A DNA stretch of 64,000 nt from Tubiluchus corallicola (Eukaryota; Animalia; Priapulida), in assembly GCA_030141605.1 (NCBI GenBank), contig JAQGDQ010000610.1:62001-126000 (forward strand). Reading direction: 5' to 3'. Position numbers and translations under genes: made by a program. Positions within the stretch are counted from its first letter, which is position 1. The number at the start of each line of letters is the position of its first letter. The notes under the pieces are model-generated. The model was not told where the DNA came from. It did no database searches and saw only the letters and a list, made by a program, of their open reading frames with translations. This document shows positions 12,107 through 26,800 of this stretch, piece after piece.

Positions 12107-13876
12107 CACCGAGACTAAATCCCGGACTGCATGAGAAGTTTGTATGCAAATGAAAAAATGATTAAGAGAATAATTATAGAATGTTATCCTTGTCGTTCAA
12201 ATAGTAAATAATTTTAATAGTTATTTAAATGTGCGAAGGAAGAAGAAAATTTACACTAAATAAAAAAATAGCTTTACGTTCTGTAATGTCTGTAAATGCA
12301 TGAAATAATTGTTTACATTGTCGTTTGCATATACATTTAATATACAAACGTTTACTGAGATTGGGAATTATGTCCAGTGTTAACAGTTTCGCTAATGCGG
12401 TTAATGCTACTCAATATACCAACTCATGTAAATGACGTTAACTTCTTTATTCAAATTTTAGAAAGGGTAGGGTTAAAACAAACATTCGATTAATATATGT
12501 CACAGTTGCGCTGTTTAGTACTGAGTTAATGTGCGATGTGCCTTTACGTGTGCGACCAAAAATTAAAGCTTTTATACATTGTGCACGGTGCTTCTTTTAA
12601 CACTAAATACTTGTATTGAATAGTTGCAATTTGGTCTTACGTGTTAATCGTAAACTACATTATATTTATTTATATATATATATACAGATTGTGGTTATAG
12701 TTACAAATGATACAATAAGTGCTACTGCAGTGTTTAGCAATGCCTATAATTCTGTTGCTTTTGTAATGTTGAACTCTTTGAAGGAAAGGACATGTCATTT
12801 AGCATATTGGGTTTATATATTACAGCATTCACTTGAAATACAACGAAGAAATTTGCAAAAAAAAACCTATCGATAAAGCATAATTTGTACTACCGCTGTA
12901 AAGAAATTTTCTAAAATGGTGGTAGCCGCCGTTGAAAACTAAGCACATCATGGATTTCTGTAAGCACGAACTGCTTAAACCAACTGAAACTTCTGCAGCT
13001 ATGTGTCTAATTTTTTGCAAAAAAATACTGTTAACAGAAATTGACAGTGGCTTGCCTTTCTTCAGCCGATGCACAACGTCATCGGTGGAAAAATTAGCAT
13101 TCAAAATTACTAATTACACGAGGCACTTATTCTAACTTTATTATCAAATCCTTCCAATATTTTTCGCAAACACTAAAATAAGCCTAGCTTCCTAGAAGGC
13201 TTGACCTTTCCTTTAATAATGCTAGTTAATAATGTTGTTTGTGTCATGCTCTTGATTAACGTACAATCAATGAAAGGTTATTCTCAGAATAAATTTAGAT
13301 GCATCATCGTGAAATGAATATTGCAGCTATTGCGGATGCTGAACAGGTGGCATTATAATTGAAAAGAAATCTGCCCTTAACTTCAGACAGGAAAACACGG
13401 GGACATTTTGTACCAGTAAACACTACACTTACTGCAGTGGCTAAACGTTGGCTTTTTAACCCTTTCATACCCGTTGTATCCCGTGGCATACGAGAATATT
13501 TTCTGCTTTTAAAATTAATAAATATTAGTTTATATTCCGTGTATTGTACTAAAACTCGGCGAGTTTCAAGACAAAAGTTCAAATTTCAAATTTACCGCTG
13601 CATTTATACATGAGCTGCCGAAAATGTGCAGTTCGTCACAAACTAATACATCTGAACTGGGAAGTACAGCACTTGTTTTTTGTGAAACTAGTGCCCGTCT
13701 AATGGCGGGCATTAGCCAATGGCGAAATGCATGTAAGAGCAAAGAACTAGTGGCGTGAATGCAAAACTGTGTTTGTGTGACCAGTAATAATTGCTCTACA
13801 TAAGTCACTTTTGAAAGAAATAGTATGTTTTCCTTCGACATTTTAAAGAGTAGGTTGTTTTAATTTGGGCCCGCTT

Positions 13877-14340
13877 TAACCCTTTCATAGCCGTTGTATC
13901 CCGTGGGATACGAGAATATTTTCTGTCTTTAAAATTACCAAAATTTTAAAACGGACAGTTATTTGATCTGTTAATAGTTATTTTGATTTAAGACAATAAC
14001 AATGGACTAAAAATGGTGATAAAATGGCAAACTAGAAAATCTACATAGCATAAAAAACTGTGCAAGGTACAGTACTTTAGAAATGACTTTGTACAGATCA
14101 GCATAGCATGCACACTAAATGTCTTAAATACTTTAAAAAATTATCAGCAGTTGCAAAATGAAGCACATTTTATGCTTCAATTGAATCCCAATATATCCCG
14201 TGGGATACACGCTATATTTAGCACGCGGGCACAGGTAAAAAAAATATTTATTATGTGTAAACAAGATGGACGTACTGAACAAAAGTAGCAGGCCAAAAAA
14301 TTTTTCTTATTAAAAAATAATTTGGGACTGAAAGGGTTAA
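13877..14340. mobile_element. piggyBac-like MITE; its left end is duplicated at ~13457-13520
   Basis: ttaaccctttc ... gaaagggttaa termini with TTAA. Confidence 0.65.
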
Positions 14341-16336
14341 CTAAAGTTACACTGCTCAAAACCAAAACGGCTCACGCACACATTCAAAATGAAATCAAAC
14401 CAAGATGAGGGCGCTTCAGATGTGTCCATATTTAAGAAGTTAAAAAAATGTTTTTAGATTAATACGAAACATACAATGATAATTGCATTGTTTTTCTGGC
14501 ATTGCAGTGCAAAAGAAAACCAAATTGATTTTGCAAAAAGGTGCATGTTTTTGGCTGGTTTTATTACAGGCGAGTGGGTCTACCATAAGGGTACCTATTA
14601 TATTTGCAGTAAAATTTTTAATTAAATATTGGTATAATATTGTGCTCTGTGTATAATTATATTAAATTATTTGTTTTACAATAAAGTCAGCTTAAAGCTT
14701 CAATACTGCAGTTATGTGTTCAATATCTGGTCTTTCACATATTTATTATGAAAAGTTGCAATCAGACAGAATAACAGCATAATTACTAGGAACCTCTGCA
14801 GTCCAACTGCTGATTGAAAATTGAGCTTTGCAGTCTTTACTGCTTTAGTTTTCCTTTACATTTTGCTGCAGCTATTGCAGACATTGGACAGGTGGAATTA
14901 TAATTGAAAAGAATTTTTCAAAATTTTTTTGAAAATTTTTGAATTTTTTTCTTTTCTTTTTTCTCCTCATCTCCTAAGTAATTGTTGCTGTTTCTCTTAC
15001 TTACTTTTTCTCATAATTTTTTCTATATTACACTTTTTGATGCTTATTTTTTTCTTTCCATACTCTCAGTTTTTAACTTTACTCACTAACCTTGGTCAAA
15101 TTCCCCTGTTAATAAGACCCCATTTGAAACTACTACGTATCATAATCCTAATTACTGAATAATTGTATTGTTTTGTTTAGATTTAGGTATCTAACTTTAT
15201 TATTTTTTGTTTTCAGTTCTTTTTGGATAATTTGCATCATTTATACTGTTATTATTATTATTTTTTCTTATTTGTTTTTATTTTTGTTATCTGCAGCATC
15301 ACCATTAATTTTTAATATACGAATCTATTTATAACGAAGGGCAGGAGACTAGATGACCCTATGCCCTGCTCCATGATTGTAATTACTTAATATTTAAAAA
15401 ACTTTTGTTGTTAGACTAATTGGAGAAAATAAATGTTCTATGTCTATGCCACCAAGTGACACAAACAAAACATTTTCACTTGCTTTAAACCAAACATGCC
15501 GCCGATGACTTTCCCAGGCGTAGCGCCGTCATGAAAAGAATTTATGCCGCCGACGCATAATAAATGGCAGAGTTTATCATTGTGAATTCACTGACAAAAA
15601 GAAAAATTTATTATCTACAGTTAGTTAAAAATAATATATTTTTCATTTAAATGGGTAAATGAAACATTAGATTTTGATGCCCAAATTGCAAACAAAACAC
15701 GTTTACTGTATAACAGTCGCTGTGGAGACTGTAGACTGCCGACTCCTATACTACAAACTACTATTATTGTTTATTATTGTTTAGTGTTTACAATAATACC
15801 CCAGTAATTAATTGAATTCTCTACCCGTGTGCAAAAAGTAGCACGAACTTTACAACTTCCACATATCTCTGTCATATATTGATCATGTCTCTGTCAACGA
15901 ACGAAGCATCATATTTTTTCTTGATGACGAGAGTGCTGGGAAACCCCAAATAACAGAAACAGGTTTTAGGTTTATTTTGTGCATGTGCAAATCAGGACAG
16001 GCTTTTTGACTTAATACGTGGGACAAAAATGTTGACTTTATTTTAAATTGAAAAACCTTAGCAGAACTTCCTTTACGTTTTTACTGCATTTCTCTTATAT
16101 TTAATTCATCAGAGTTAGAAAGCCACACCTCATTACGTGATGAGTTTTCCCAATTGCGTAAGCCCTCATTAAGTGACATTATGCACTTAAGCCTTAAGTG
16201 ATTTAGATTGTCTGTGGAGGACTGGTGGGTACTGATTTACCGCTAACTCGGCAAAATGATGCCCATGCGGAGTGGACGCTGTGCTGTAATGGTTGGTGTA
16301 ATGGGTTTCTATAATAATAATAAACAAATAATATTA

Positions 16337-16909
<573 letters not shown>

Positions 16910-17548
16910 AACATTACTCTGCTTCAGTGTGCTGCCACTAAAAGTGAGCATCGAAATTTAAATTTGATTCGGAAAAGTTTTTAAAGTTTAAATTCTGTTC
17001 GAACTTAAAATTATGGATTCGAATAATTCAGCGCTTTAACTACAAAAGTTGTTTATCATTAAAGTGCGTGAAACGTCATGCAAATCGGCACAATCTAGCT
17101 GTGATTTCTGTGCACAACTTTTAAACGCATTATTGGCATCTTTACAGCAGAACAAAATCAAGCAATATGCATGATCTTTGTGAGACTGTCTTTTGTTAAT
17201 CATTCGACAATCTTTAAAACTGGATTTCGGAATCTCTTAAATTTGCTTTGATTCGAGTTTAACGGTCACGAATTTGATTCGTATTCGCTTTTAGACAGAG
17301 TGTGCTCACTCTAGCTGGCACACTTTCTGATTATCGGTCAACGCCGAAAAAATATGCATCGGCGAATGACTAGTTCAAAATGCTAGCAAACAGCTATCAA
17401 CCAGATTCATCAAAATACCTAACCCGTACCAGTCACATCTACATTTGTGTTTCAGTGCATACTAGTATAACTATAATACTAATCCGGGTCAAAGGCTACG
17501 TAGTTTATTGCATGTCTACTAACAATATTAATAAAAACACGCCGTGGG

Positions 17549-20500
17549 TCACGAGGACGCCTCGGGTAAACCTAATTGTTTTCTAGTTTCTTTCTCTACT
17601 TCCTTCCGTTTGGCTTTTCCGTGCAACACGGCTTCCTTGAACAGTTTACAGTATAGCTCTATTGCGCATAACGTGTCGTCGTTCCCGGGCACGGGGTATG
17701 TAATGAGATTTGGATCGCAGTTTGTGTCCACGACACCGACGGTCGGTATCATCATTTTTGCCGCGTGACTCACGGCAACGTGCGTCTCCAACACGGAATT
17801 CTGCGTGTTCAGAAAAATGATCAAATCCGGGAGTCGAGTGACGATGCCGAATTCCGCTTTTGAGTTTGTAAGTACACCGTGCTTCCAGTACCGACAGTGT
17901 GCGTACTCGCCGCACTCCCGTGCGGTGTTTTCGATGAGAACAATGGTGGCGGGACTGCGGCTGACAAATAATATTATCCCTTTCCTGTAAGCCATGTGCG
18001 AGATAAAGTTCAACGCATCTTGCAGCAGGGGAACTGTCTGTTCTAGATCTACGATCAGATGACTTAGTCGCTGACCAAAGATAAACTGTTTCATGTTTCT
18101 GTGCATGCTGCCCAGTTTGTGACCGAGGTGTACACGATTGTCGAACAAGTCTTGCAGGGTGAACAGGTTGCGAACTGAAAAGAAATCGTCTTCTTGCAGC
18201 GACTTTGTCAAAATCAACGATTCGAGTTTATCTTCGACATCTGAAAGCAGTTAATAAAAGTATTGATCGTAGCTACAAGGTGAACAAACGGGCATTTAAT
18301 AGTAGAATGTGAAGTGCTTTTCTTCATTATAGTAAAAAACTGTATTTTGTGAGTTATGATCTATCTTCTTGGTTAGAGACGAGCATCGAAACGAGTTTTT
18401 CTCCAAATTTGATTCAAATTTTAAATTAAGGATTCGAATAATTTAGCAGTTCTATGGTCTTGATCGAATTTGTGACTTTCGAAATCGAATCATACCGAAT
18501 TTCAAGATTTCAAATCCAAATCGAATTCATTGGTAAAATTTTCGAATCATTAATGAAAACTGGTCTCGCAAAGATTTTGCATGTTGGTTGATTTTGTTCT
18601 GGAGTAAAAATACTAATAATTTGTTTAAAAATTGTGAGCGTAAAAATTTATTGTTCATTATTGCAGCTTGCTTTAATACTTTCAGTTTTACGATGTCTAG
18701 AATATGGGTGAGCATTCTGTAGCAGCAGTGACTTTGAATCGAATTTGTGACTTTCAAAATCGAATCAAATCGAATCCGAATCCAGTTTTGAAGATTTTTG
18801 ACTAGATTTTTAAATCACTAATAAAAAGCAGCCTCACTAAGATCATGTATAGTACTTGATTTTGTTCTGCACCAAAAGCATTAGTAAAATGTAATATGTA
18901 TGTATATAATATATACACTAGAAATATGTTTAAAAATTGTGCGCAGAAAATGTAGCTATCCTTTGTAGAATGATAAAGAATGCTTGTAGTTCAAATGGTG
19001 AACCATTCGAACCCATAATATTAGGTTCAAACTCGAACGTTCGATGGTCACCCCTAACCAGAACGGAAAAGTTAGGAAAGCAGTTTATATTCCACTTATA
19101 CTGAAGCTTCCAAATACGGACAAATACGTAGCCGAATGAGAAGACCACACTTACGTTGCACTAACAGGGTTTATTTAAATATCTTATTCAGAAAGTAATA
19201 ATTTTTCAGTCTGAATTATAAAGGTTAAATTATAATTATACGCTTTTCCGAAGTGCAAAGTAATAATGTCATAATGAAACACTTTTCCTTACCCTCCTGG
19301 ACTAATGCTTCTTCCTCTTTTACCAAATTTTGTTGCCTTCCTGGAGGAGAAACAAGAGCACCAATCGATGTCACACTTCTTAAAAATGTCTGACGTTGGA
19401 AACTGCACCACAACATAGAACTTGTGCATCTTAAAAATCCTGGGAAAAGTAGAAAGCTAGGATTAACACACTTCCAGGGTTCCAACAGAATTTTAAAATA
19501 AATTTCCTTGAATTTTCCCTGACTAAATATTGATTTTCCATGACCAAAATTAGCAGAAATTATATTATCAATAAACACATCCAAACATTTTTGTGTACGG
19601 ACATCCTAACATATACTGATATATAATGTGTCGGCCAATCATTATTTTTGGAACAGAAATTGAAACTGGAAGCCTTGCATAGCAAAATTTTATTTGAACA
19701 CGAATCGCTGAAAAATATGTTAAGAAAAATATCGGTTCACGATGATTATTTTTGCACCGTCTCAAATTTACTTAAGTTTTCACCCCATTTTTGTCATTTT
19801 CCCTGACTTTTTATCAAATCATCTTTTCCCCTGATTTTTTCCATGAATTTCCAGGATATTTTCAAGAATTTTCTGACCGTGAGAACCCTGCACTTCGGTG
19901 CAATGCAAGTCAGAATTTCAAATGCCAAGAGCAACAGCAGAGTACACCAATGTTGATGTTTGTGACGAGACTGAAACCTAGCTTTCCATCAAGTCTAAGC
20001 AGCCTTCAAATCTCAGATGAGATGGTGCATCGACAAAGATATCTTAGTAGAATTCTGATGCAAATATGTGTCCTCCTTCTATGAGGTAAACAGTCAGAAT
20101 CAGCATGGCAAATAAAAAACCTAGAGCGAGTATTGAACCCAGTCAAGAACTATTCACTAGCCAATCTAACTGCACAGCTGCTATACTGACATGATGGTAA
20201 CACTTAATATTTAGAGAGTGAGTCAGGGTTGCCGTTTATATGAAAATTATCAGAATATACAATAATTTGAGGTGCCAAACTCTACAAAAAAGAGATTGTA
20301 CGATAATCGATAACTTAGATTGTAGTACTAAATCTTCTTGACGTAGTTCCAAAGGACTTTGGATAATTTTGTAATTCATCATTGACGATACGAAACAATA
20401 ACAAAAGTTTGAAAAAACTGTGCATTGAAAACACAAGTGGTTGCAGTTTCTTGAAAAAAGCAGTAATTTCAAAAAAGAATGGCCCTGATGACGACGATAA

Positions 20501-20958
20501 AGCTTGATTCTGCACATGTACAAATTAGCGACGACATTTTACAGTGTGTAAATAAACTTATTTTGACACTTGTAATGCCACTTTTCATGGTATCAAGTAC
20601 ATAATCATACGTCAATAATAACATTTAATAATTTGCCGCAAATACGTAATAATCTTGGGCTAAAATACATTAACTTTCAGCTTCCAATTCAATGATCAGC
20701 ATCATACAAAACGGCAACCCTGCAGTGAACAAGCAGAGTATTGCAAGCTTTTTTTGTTACAACACATGCAGCTAAACTGAAAGTGAAACCAGCTTCTGTC
20801 AGAAAATTGATGTGAATTGCAAAACATTTCAACTGAAAACTCATTAGACACAGTGAAGCAAATAAAAAAACGCAAATTTTGAATTACATTACAACACGGT
20901 AAATATGATAAAATTTCTCTACAATTCTTATTTGAAACTCACCTGTAAACAGCGCCAT
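17549..20958 (-). CDS. MRPS2: Mitochondrial small ribosomal subunit protein uS2m, 3 coding exons, 284 aa
   Basis: Exons 20958-20943, 19439-19293, 18240-17549; phases consistent (855 nt). S2-family motifs [67 protein letters not shown]-terminus is R/S/L-rich, consistent with a mitochondrial presequence. Confidence 0.95.
19475..19890. mobile_element. hAT-like MITE with 6-bp TSD in MRPS2 intron 1
   Basis: cagggttc ... gaaccctg termini flanked by cacttc at 19469-19474 and 19891-19896. Confidence 0.6.
20224..20722. mobile_element. hAT-like MITE
   Basis: Perfect 14-bp TIR cagggttgccgttt / aaacggcaaccctg. Confidence 0.65.
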
Positions 20959-22663
20959 TTTCATAACTGTTTATGCAAAATTGTAGCAGTTGGCGCACCC
21001 GAAAAGTCAAGACATTTTTCACGCCGATAACATTTTCTGAATAGTCTATCTATTATCTATCCAATAGAATTTATTAAATTAGATTTAGTTTGTTTTGTAA
21101 TCATGAAGATCGATATACGGTCAGGGAATGCGGGATTGTAATTTGTGGTTTTTCATTTGTTCAAAAAACTCTTACACAAAGAGTTTCGTCTTTCACATTG
21201 CTCTGGGACCTTCACGTCTATCCATCTATTCAAATGTGCAATAGCTGGAACCATGCAATAAAGTCAGATGACTGAATCTGGAACTTTTCCTCACATTTCT
21301 TCATGCTAACGATAATTGTTGCGACATACTAAATGGCGGTATTTGCGTGATGTTTCTTTTATGTATTACTCTACATCTTTCCTCACACAAATGAATTAAT
21401 TTTGCTCGTTGACTGGCACCATCAAAATGTGAATATATGAAAAAAATTTAGTGTCAAAAATTTTTTATACTAGCTCAATAATGGTGCTAGCTAGAAACCA
21501 TGGAAAAATTATAGAAGAACAACGTATAAACAGCAACATTGTTGCAGCTTTGTTTTTTATTTCAGATACATTTCAGTGCCATATCAAAATAATGGTCTCT
21601 CACAACAATAGGCACAACCACGCAACCAGACTTATTTATAACAATACATCTGCTAGCCAATAAAAAAGTGAGATCCAGGCATGGGATAAATAACTTTATA
21701 AGGTAACAGTTCTAACAAAAAATAGCTATGATAATTATTAGTATCATTTTTATCTCATGTATGTAAAAATACTTAACATAAAAAAGTGAAATCTTCATGC
21801 TGCAATTTAAAAATAATTGTTTTTAAAATATGTACATGTACAAACAATATCGAAATTTATAGTTCACCAACAAAGGTATCCTTACTTAAATGTGTATAAA
21901 AAAATTACATGTATAATTTACCCTAAAAAATATCGACATCAACATGTAGAAAGGTGGATCGTCAAACACACATTTTCAATAGTAATTTACAAATATAAAT
22001 AAATACCTTTTGCTAAAATAAAAAATTATACACATGTACCAAACGGTTGGCCTACATAAATACAAAAATTTAAATTACTACAAAAACTGCTATTGCTATT
22101 GATATCAATACTCACTGCCATAAATAAAGGAAGAATAAACAATTTAATAAAGGAAGTAGGATAAGAACGTTTTGTTTTCTTAAGTATAATTCCAAAATGC
22201 CTTATTGCACGTCCTATTAGACTATGGATACTAGAGTCATATCTTTTAAACATAAGGGAAATAAATTAAATCTTCTAATATAATCTTCTAATATTAAATC
22301 TTCTAATATAAGACACAGAGGTACTTAAAAGAGCTGACCTCCCCAGCATCCATACACTCCTCCTCAAAACGGTGGGCAGGAAAAAAGAAGTTGTTTGCTT
22401 TCATTTGATATGAGATATATTTATTGATTTCTTGTATTGTATCTTTACATTACTGTACCTGTTTTACCATAAATTTATGCATATAGTATAACTATTATTA
22501 TTATTCACAATGTAACCTCGTATATTCAATTCTCTAGAATTTTTCGCTTACTATTTTTCCTCCCTTTAAAAATTTGACTAGATTAAATATACATTTCTGC
22601 TACTTAGTACTTAATTTAATACCAAATCTATTTTTAATACTATAATGTTTATATATGTATGAG

Positions 22664-22693
<30 letters not shown>

Positions 22694-22699
<6 letters not shown>

Positions 22700-22952
22700 T
22701 CACTTGGTCAGCTGCCCCAAAATACAAGTTTACTTACAGGCTCATGACATTTTTTAGGTGTTTGTATATATATATATATATATATATACAAACACCTAAA
22801 AAATGTCATGAGGCTGTAAGTAAACTTGTATTTTGGGGCAGCTGACCAAGTGACCAATAGGTCTTTCACTGCTCCTCAGCTGCAATGAAATGTAAAAATA
22901 ATTATGACGAATTTTAACTGCTATTGAGAAAATAAAATTGAATTGAATTGAA
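22694..22952 (+). repeat. Fold-back inverted repeat (22694-22859) joined to a LINE-like 3' tail
   Basis: ~73-bp arms with one mismatch around a (TA)n centre; the right arm continues to aataaa-(attga)n. Confidence 0.8.
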
Positions 22953-23172
22953 CAGATGCAGCGGTGTAATCTATCAGTATTCTTAGCGACTACAAGTGTA
23001 AATATCGTGGTACAAGTAACAGCATAGAGTTAATTTCGACGAAGAGAACCTAAAGCACAAAAACCTATCTTTTAAAGCTGTTGTAGCCTTTGCAGTGCAT
23101 ATTAAGCTAGAGACTGATGAGTATCATACTTTTAGTAATACTACAAACAACGGCTAATAGAGTCAGTCAGTT

Positions 23173-23659
23173 TAGGGTTACCATACGTCCGGGTTTCCCT
23201 GGAAACTTCTTCTTTTTGGGCTTCTGTCCGGGCGGGTTTTCAAAAAACTGGCAGTTTGTCCGGGTTTGCAAGTATGTACGGACGTTGCCAACTGCAGAGC
23301 CGTACGACAGTACAAGACAAAGAAAAGCTCGTATTCGATGACGACTTAAAATGACGTCAGCTTCCGGGAGCCATTTTGTTTGTTTTTATGTGAATTTCTG
23401 TAAATTCATATAGTTTTGCTGTTTAGAGCAACTGGTAAAGGTTAACTAGAAAGTAGCAATGCCGAAATGACAGTGTGCATTTACAGATGAAATGAAGGCC
23501 AAGTACCCGTGTTTTCGCGCAGGTCGATATTACTGGGAAGCCGAATGCTCGACATGTGGTGGCGGAACTTTTAATACACTCTAGACTGGTCATTTTTGCC
23601 TACTTACAAGTGTGCGAAAAAGTGTCCTCTTTTTCAACTCAGAGAATATGGTAACCCTA
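23173..23659. mobile_element. hAT MITE with 8-bp TSD
   Basis: tagggttaccata ... tatggtaacccta TIR; TSD agtcagtt / agtcggtt (one mismatch). Confidence 0.75.
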
Positions 23660-23881
23660 AGTCGGTTAAATGGGTCAAAACGCTTCTATCTCAAAATGAG
23701 TCTGTTAAGCAGTGCCTACTGCAGTTGTTATTACCATATTAACTGTTAAAAATCATTTTAAGTCTCGGATGATATTTTCTCTGTTCCTAAAAAATGTTTG
23801 ATTCTTCTGAATCCCGATTTCTCATCCAATCACTAGGTTTGGAATGCACGGCACCAAAGGAGACTGTTTTCGACCAAATCA

Positions 23882-26800
23882 TCATATTGGCACATTAGGT
23901 AATTGCGGGTTTGAGGCATTAGAGTTAACATTTGTTTCACCTTCTATGACGGACGGCCCAGCGGATGGTTCTGAAATACTAGATGTGACGTCTAGACCAC
24001 TCGACATGTCTCTGCGTGAGCGGACTTCGGATAGATAATGCCTCGACTTCGTTCTGTAACTAAACAAATGGGAACAATGATAAGTTTAGTGCATTTCCCA
24101 AATCTAAAACTAGTAGTGGATGGACAAATTTAAATGACAGCAAAAATTAAAGGAAAGGTCAAGCCTTCTGGGAAGTTTGGCTCATTTCAGTGTTCGCAAA
24201 AAATGTTAGAAAGATTTAGTAATAAAAGTGTGATAAGCGTCTCGCGTAATTCCTGAAATAATGTGGAACTGGCGATGCTTGAAGGTGCATCCGTAACTGT
24301 GTTAGTACCATCCATAACAGTTTGATATGTGTGCTTGCACAGCGAAAACGTCCATAACTGTTACTAGTTATTCACATATTCTGAATATCCATTTCATGAA
24401 GATCATTTTGATACCAAGCTTATCGCTCTATGTTATTTCTAAGCTGAGATAACGTTGAACATGAGGTGCAGGCTACGCACCGAAAAATGTAATCTTGAGA
24501 AAAACGAACGTTAAAGTCAGCCATTTACAAGACACCTAGCAACCGTACAAATGTTGGTTGCTATGAACTTTGCAAGAACACATTGAAGTTATGTTTAAAT
24601 CCAGTAGATGGCTCTTCCTGATGAAGATCTTGGCTTATCGACAGAAAAACCCTGAAGCAAAATGGCTGCTTCCACGAGCCACAATCGCAGTTTTACGTAA
24701 TACAAGTTTTTTTACAATTGCAGTACTAGTTTCTAGACAGTTTCTATTTCATGCAGATAATTTGGTCAAAAGCTTATCATTATACATAATTGTACATAAT
24801 AGTACGTAATAGTACATAGTCATAGTCATCAATGTATATAATTTCTAAGCTGAGATAATCCACATTGAAGTTGAGCTGCAGGCTGTACACTAAATAACAT
24901 AATCTTGAGAAAATCGTTATTAAGGTTAGCCATTGTTTTTGTTGCGCTTCTTGAAGGCTTGAATAATACACGACACATCTTTTACGACATACTAGAAGCT
25001 TGGGGTGCGCATGGTTAGTATACACGCTGAGAAAAGCAACTCGCTAACTGGTGATGGTATCAGAGGTTAGGCAAAGAGGTGAAACAAACAAAACAAACAT
25101 GGTGGGTGAGGGCTAAAAACACAGTTAGATTTACAGACAGGTTAGGCGGGATAGCACCCTCATGGTAGAAACAGAAGAGGAAGCTAGTGCTCGGAAGTGA
25201 TCTCTAGAAGTGATTTCTCTGATATCCGGTGGAAGTTTGTTCGACAAACGTATTGCTCTGAAGTAGGAGTATAAATAAATATTGACTCTTGCTGATGGCT
25301 GAACAAATTTGTTGTCATCTTCAAGAGATGGGGTAAGTTGGTAATTTATACCTATCCTGTGAAGCGCTATATCATGAAAGATGTTTAGTATCGTTCGTCT
25401 AGTGTTTCCCACCCGAGCTCTTCTACAAAAACTCTTGGCAACCATATGAATGGGCGGTTGCTATGGACTTCGTGAGAGAATAATGCAGTTACATTTGAAT
25501 TCTGTAGATGACTCTTCCTGACGAACATCTGCACTTGGCAACAGAAAAAATCGCAAACAAAATGGTTGATTCCGTGAGCTACTATTGCAGTTTGAAAATA
25601 CTTTGTGAATTTTTTCACAACTGATATTTATTTTCCGGCATAGAAGCGGGCAAGGGATTACAAAATTAAATTTTTAGTACAGTAAGTCCTCGTTTAATGA
25701 CTCCGCGTTTAGCAACATTTCGTTTTAACGACGCTGAACATTTGACACGTTTTTTTCACTTAACGATGCACGCTTCTTTTTACGACAATGTTTTTACTTG
25801 CCGAAAGCCAATTTTCATTTTATCAACAGCTTTTTACTTAATTTGAAGCACTGAAATGGCACATATTGCGTTATTCTGTTTTAAAAGTGATTTAGTAACG
25901 TAAACTGTGCAATTATACATGTTTTCGGTTCCCGACCGACTGCAACACCAGCTGCCGAATCTATCAAGCGACATCTGTGAACAAATTTTGTGGGAATGAA
26001 TTCTATGAGCAACCTGTTCCTATAGCAACCAGAATACCTAGTAAATGATACAGTACTCTGGTACGATAAAATTTCCAAGGTCGCCTCACGCAGCGCTTGG
26101 CTTCAACTCTGCAATGTTTATTGTTTAACGGCTATTTAGGCTCAAACCTTAATGAAAAAGAAAAGCACTAGTTAGGTACGTATTGGTAAGAAAGAGACGG
26201 GGGTTCAAGCAGGCAGAAAGAAATTAATTAGCAGAAACCATAAAGAAACTCATAAAACGTTTAATTTATATGATTTAAGCAGCATTGATTTTTGCCTTTG
26301 GAACGTATCTCAATTCTAGGGAAGTTTTGGTTTTGTTGTTTTGCTGAAACGCATTAGTGTCGTTCACCGAGGACTTACTATACTTTTAAAACATTTTACT
26401 GACAATTGATACTACAATTTAAAAAGTCCAATATATTTCAGCATTTGTTTTTCCTAAAAAAACAAACAAAAAAAAAACCAACAACCCAAACCACAACATA
26501 CTGTGCCGTCTTGAGGATGGTCTCGGTTTGCAAGCGCACAAATAGTAGTGCCGAAAGCTAACGAAAAATGCTTACTATTTGGCTATCGACTTCCACTTTC
26601 TAAACACATGAAAACCGAAGATCAAAACGCCGACGATCATTGTGCAAAGTAGCGCCGTTCCAGCAACTAAACCTGAAAATAACATGTCAAAGATTCATAC
26701 TGAGACCATAGAAGAGTATAATGCACATACGGACATGCATGTTTACTAAGGGTGAACAGTGAACGTTCGAATTCAATTATTCTCCTCAGAAAATATGTAC

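Noticed and set aside
17544-17990. Antisense and alternate-frame ORFs over MRPS2 exon 3
   Set aside because: Shadow ORFs of a GC-richer real exon.
26502-26575. Possible 18-nt intron (gtaagcatttttcgttag) followed by a mini-exon YFRHYYLCACKPRPSSRRH
   Set aside because: Far below the normal spliceosomal intron minimum, and its phase-1 donor does not match the phase-2 terminal exon.
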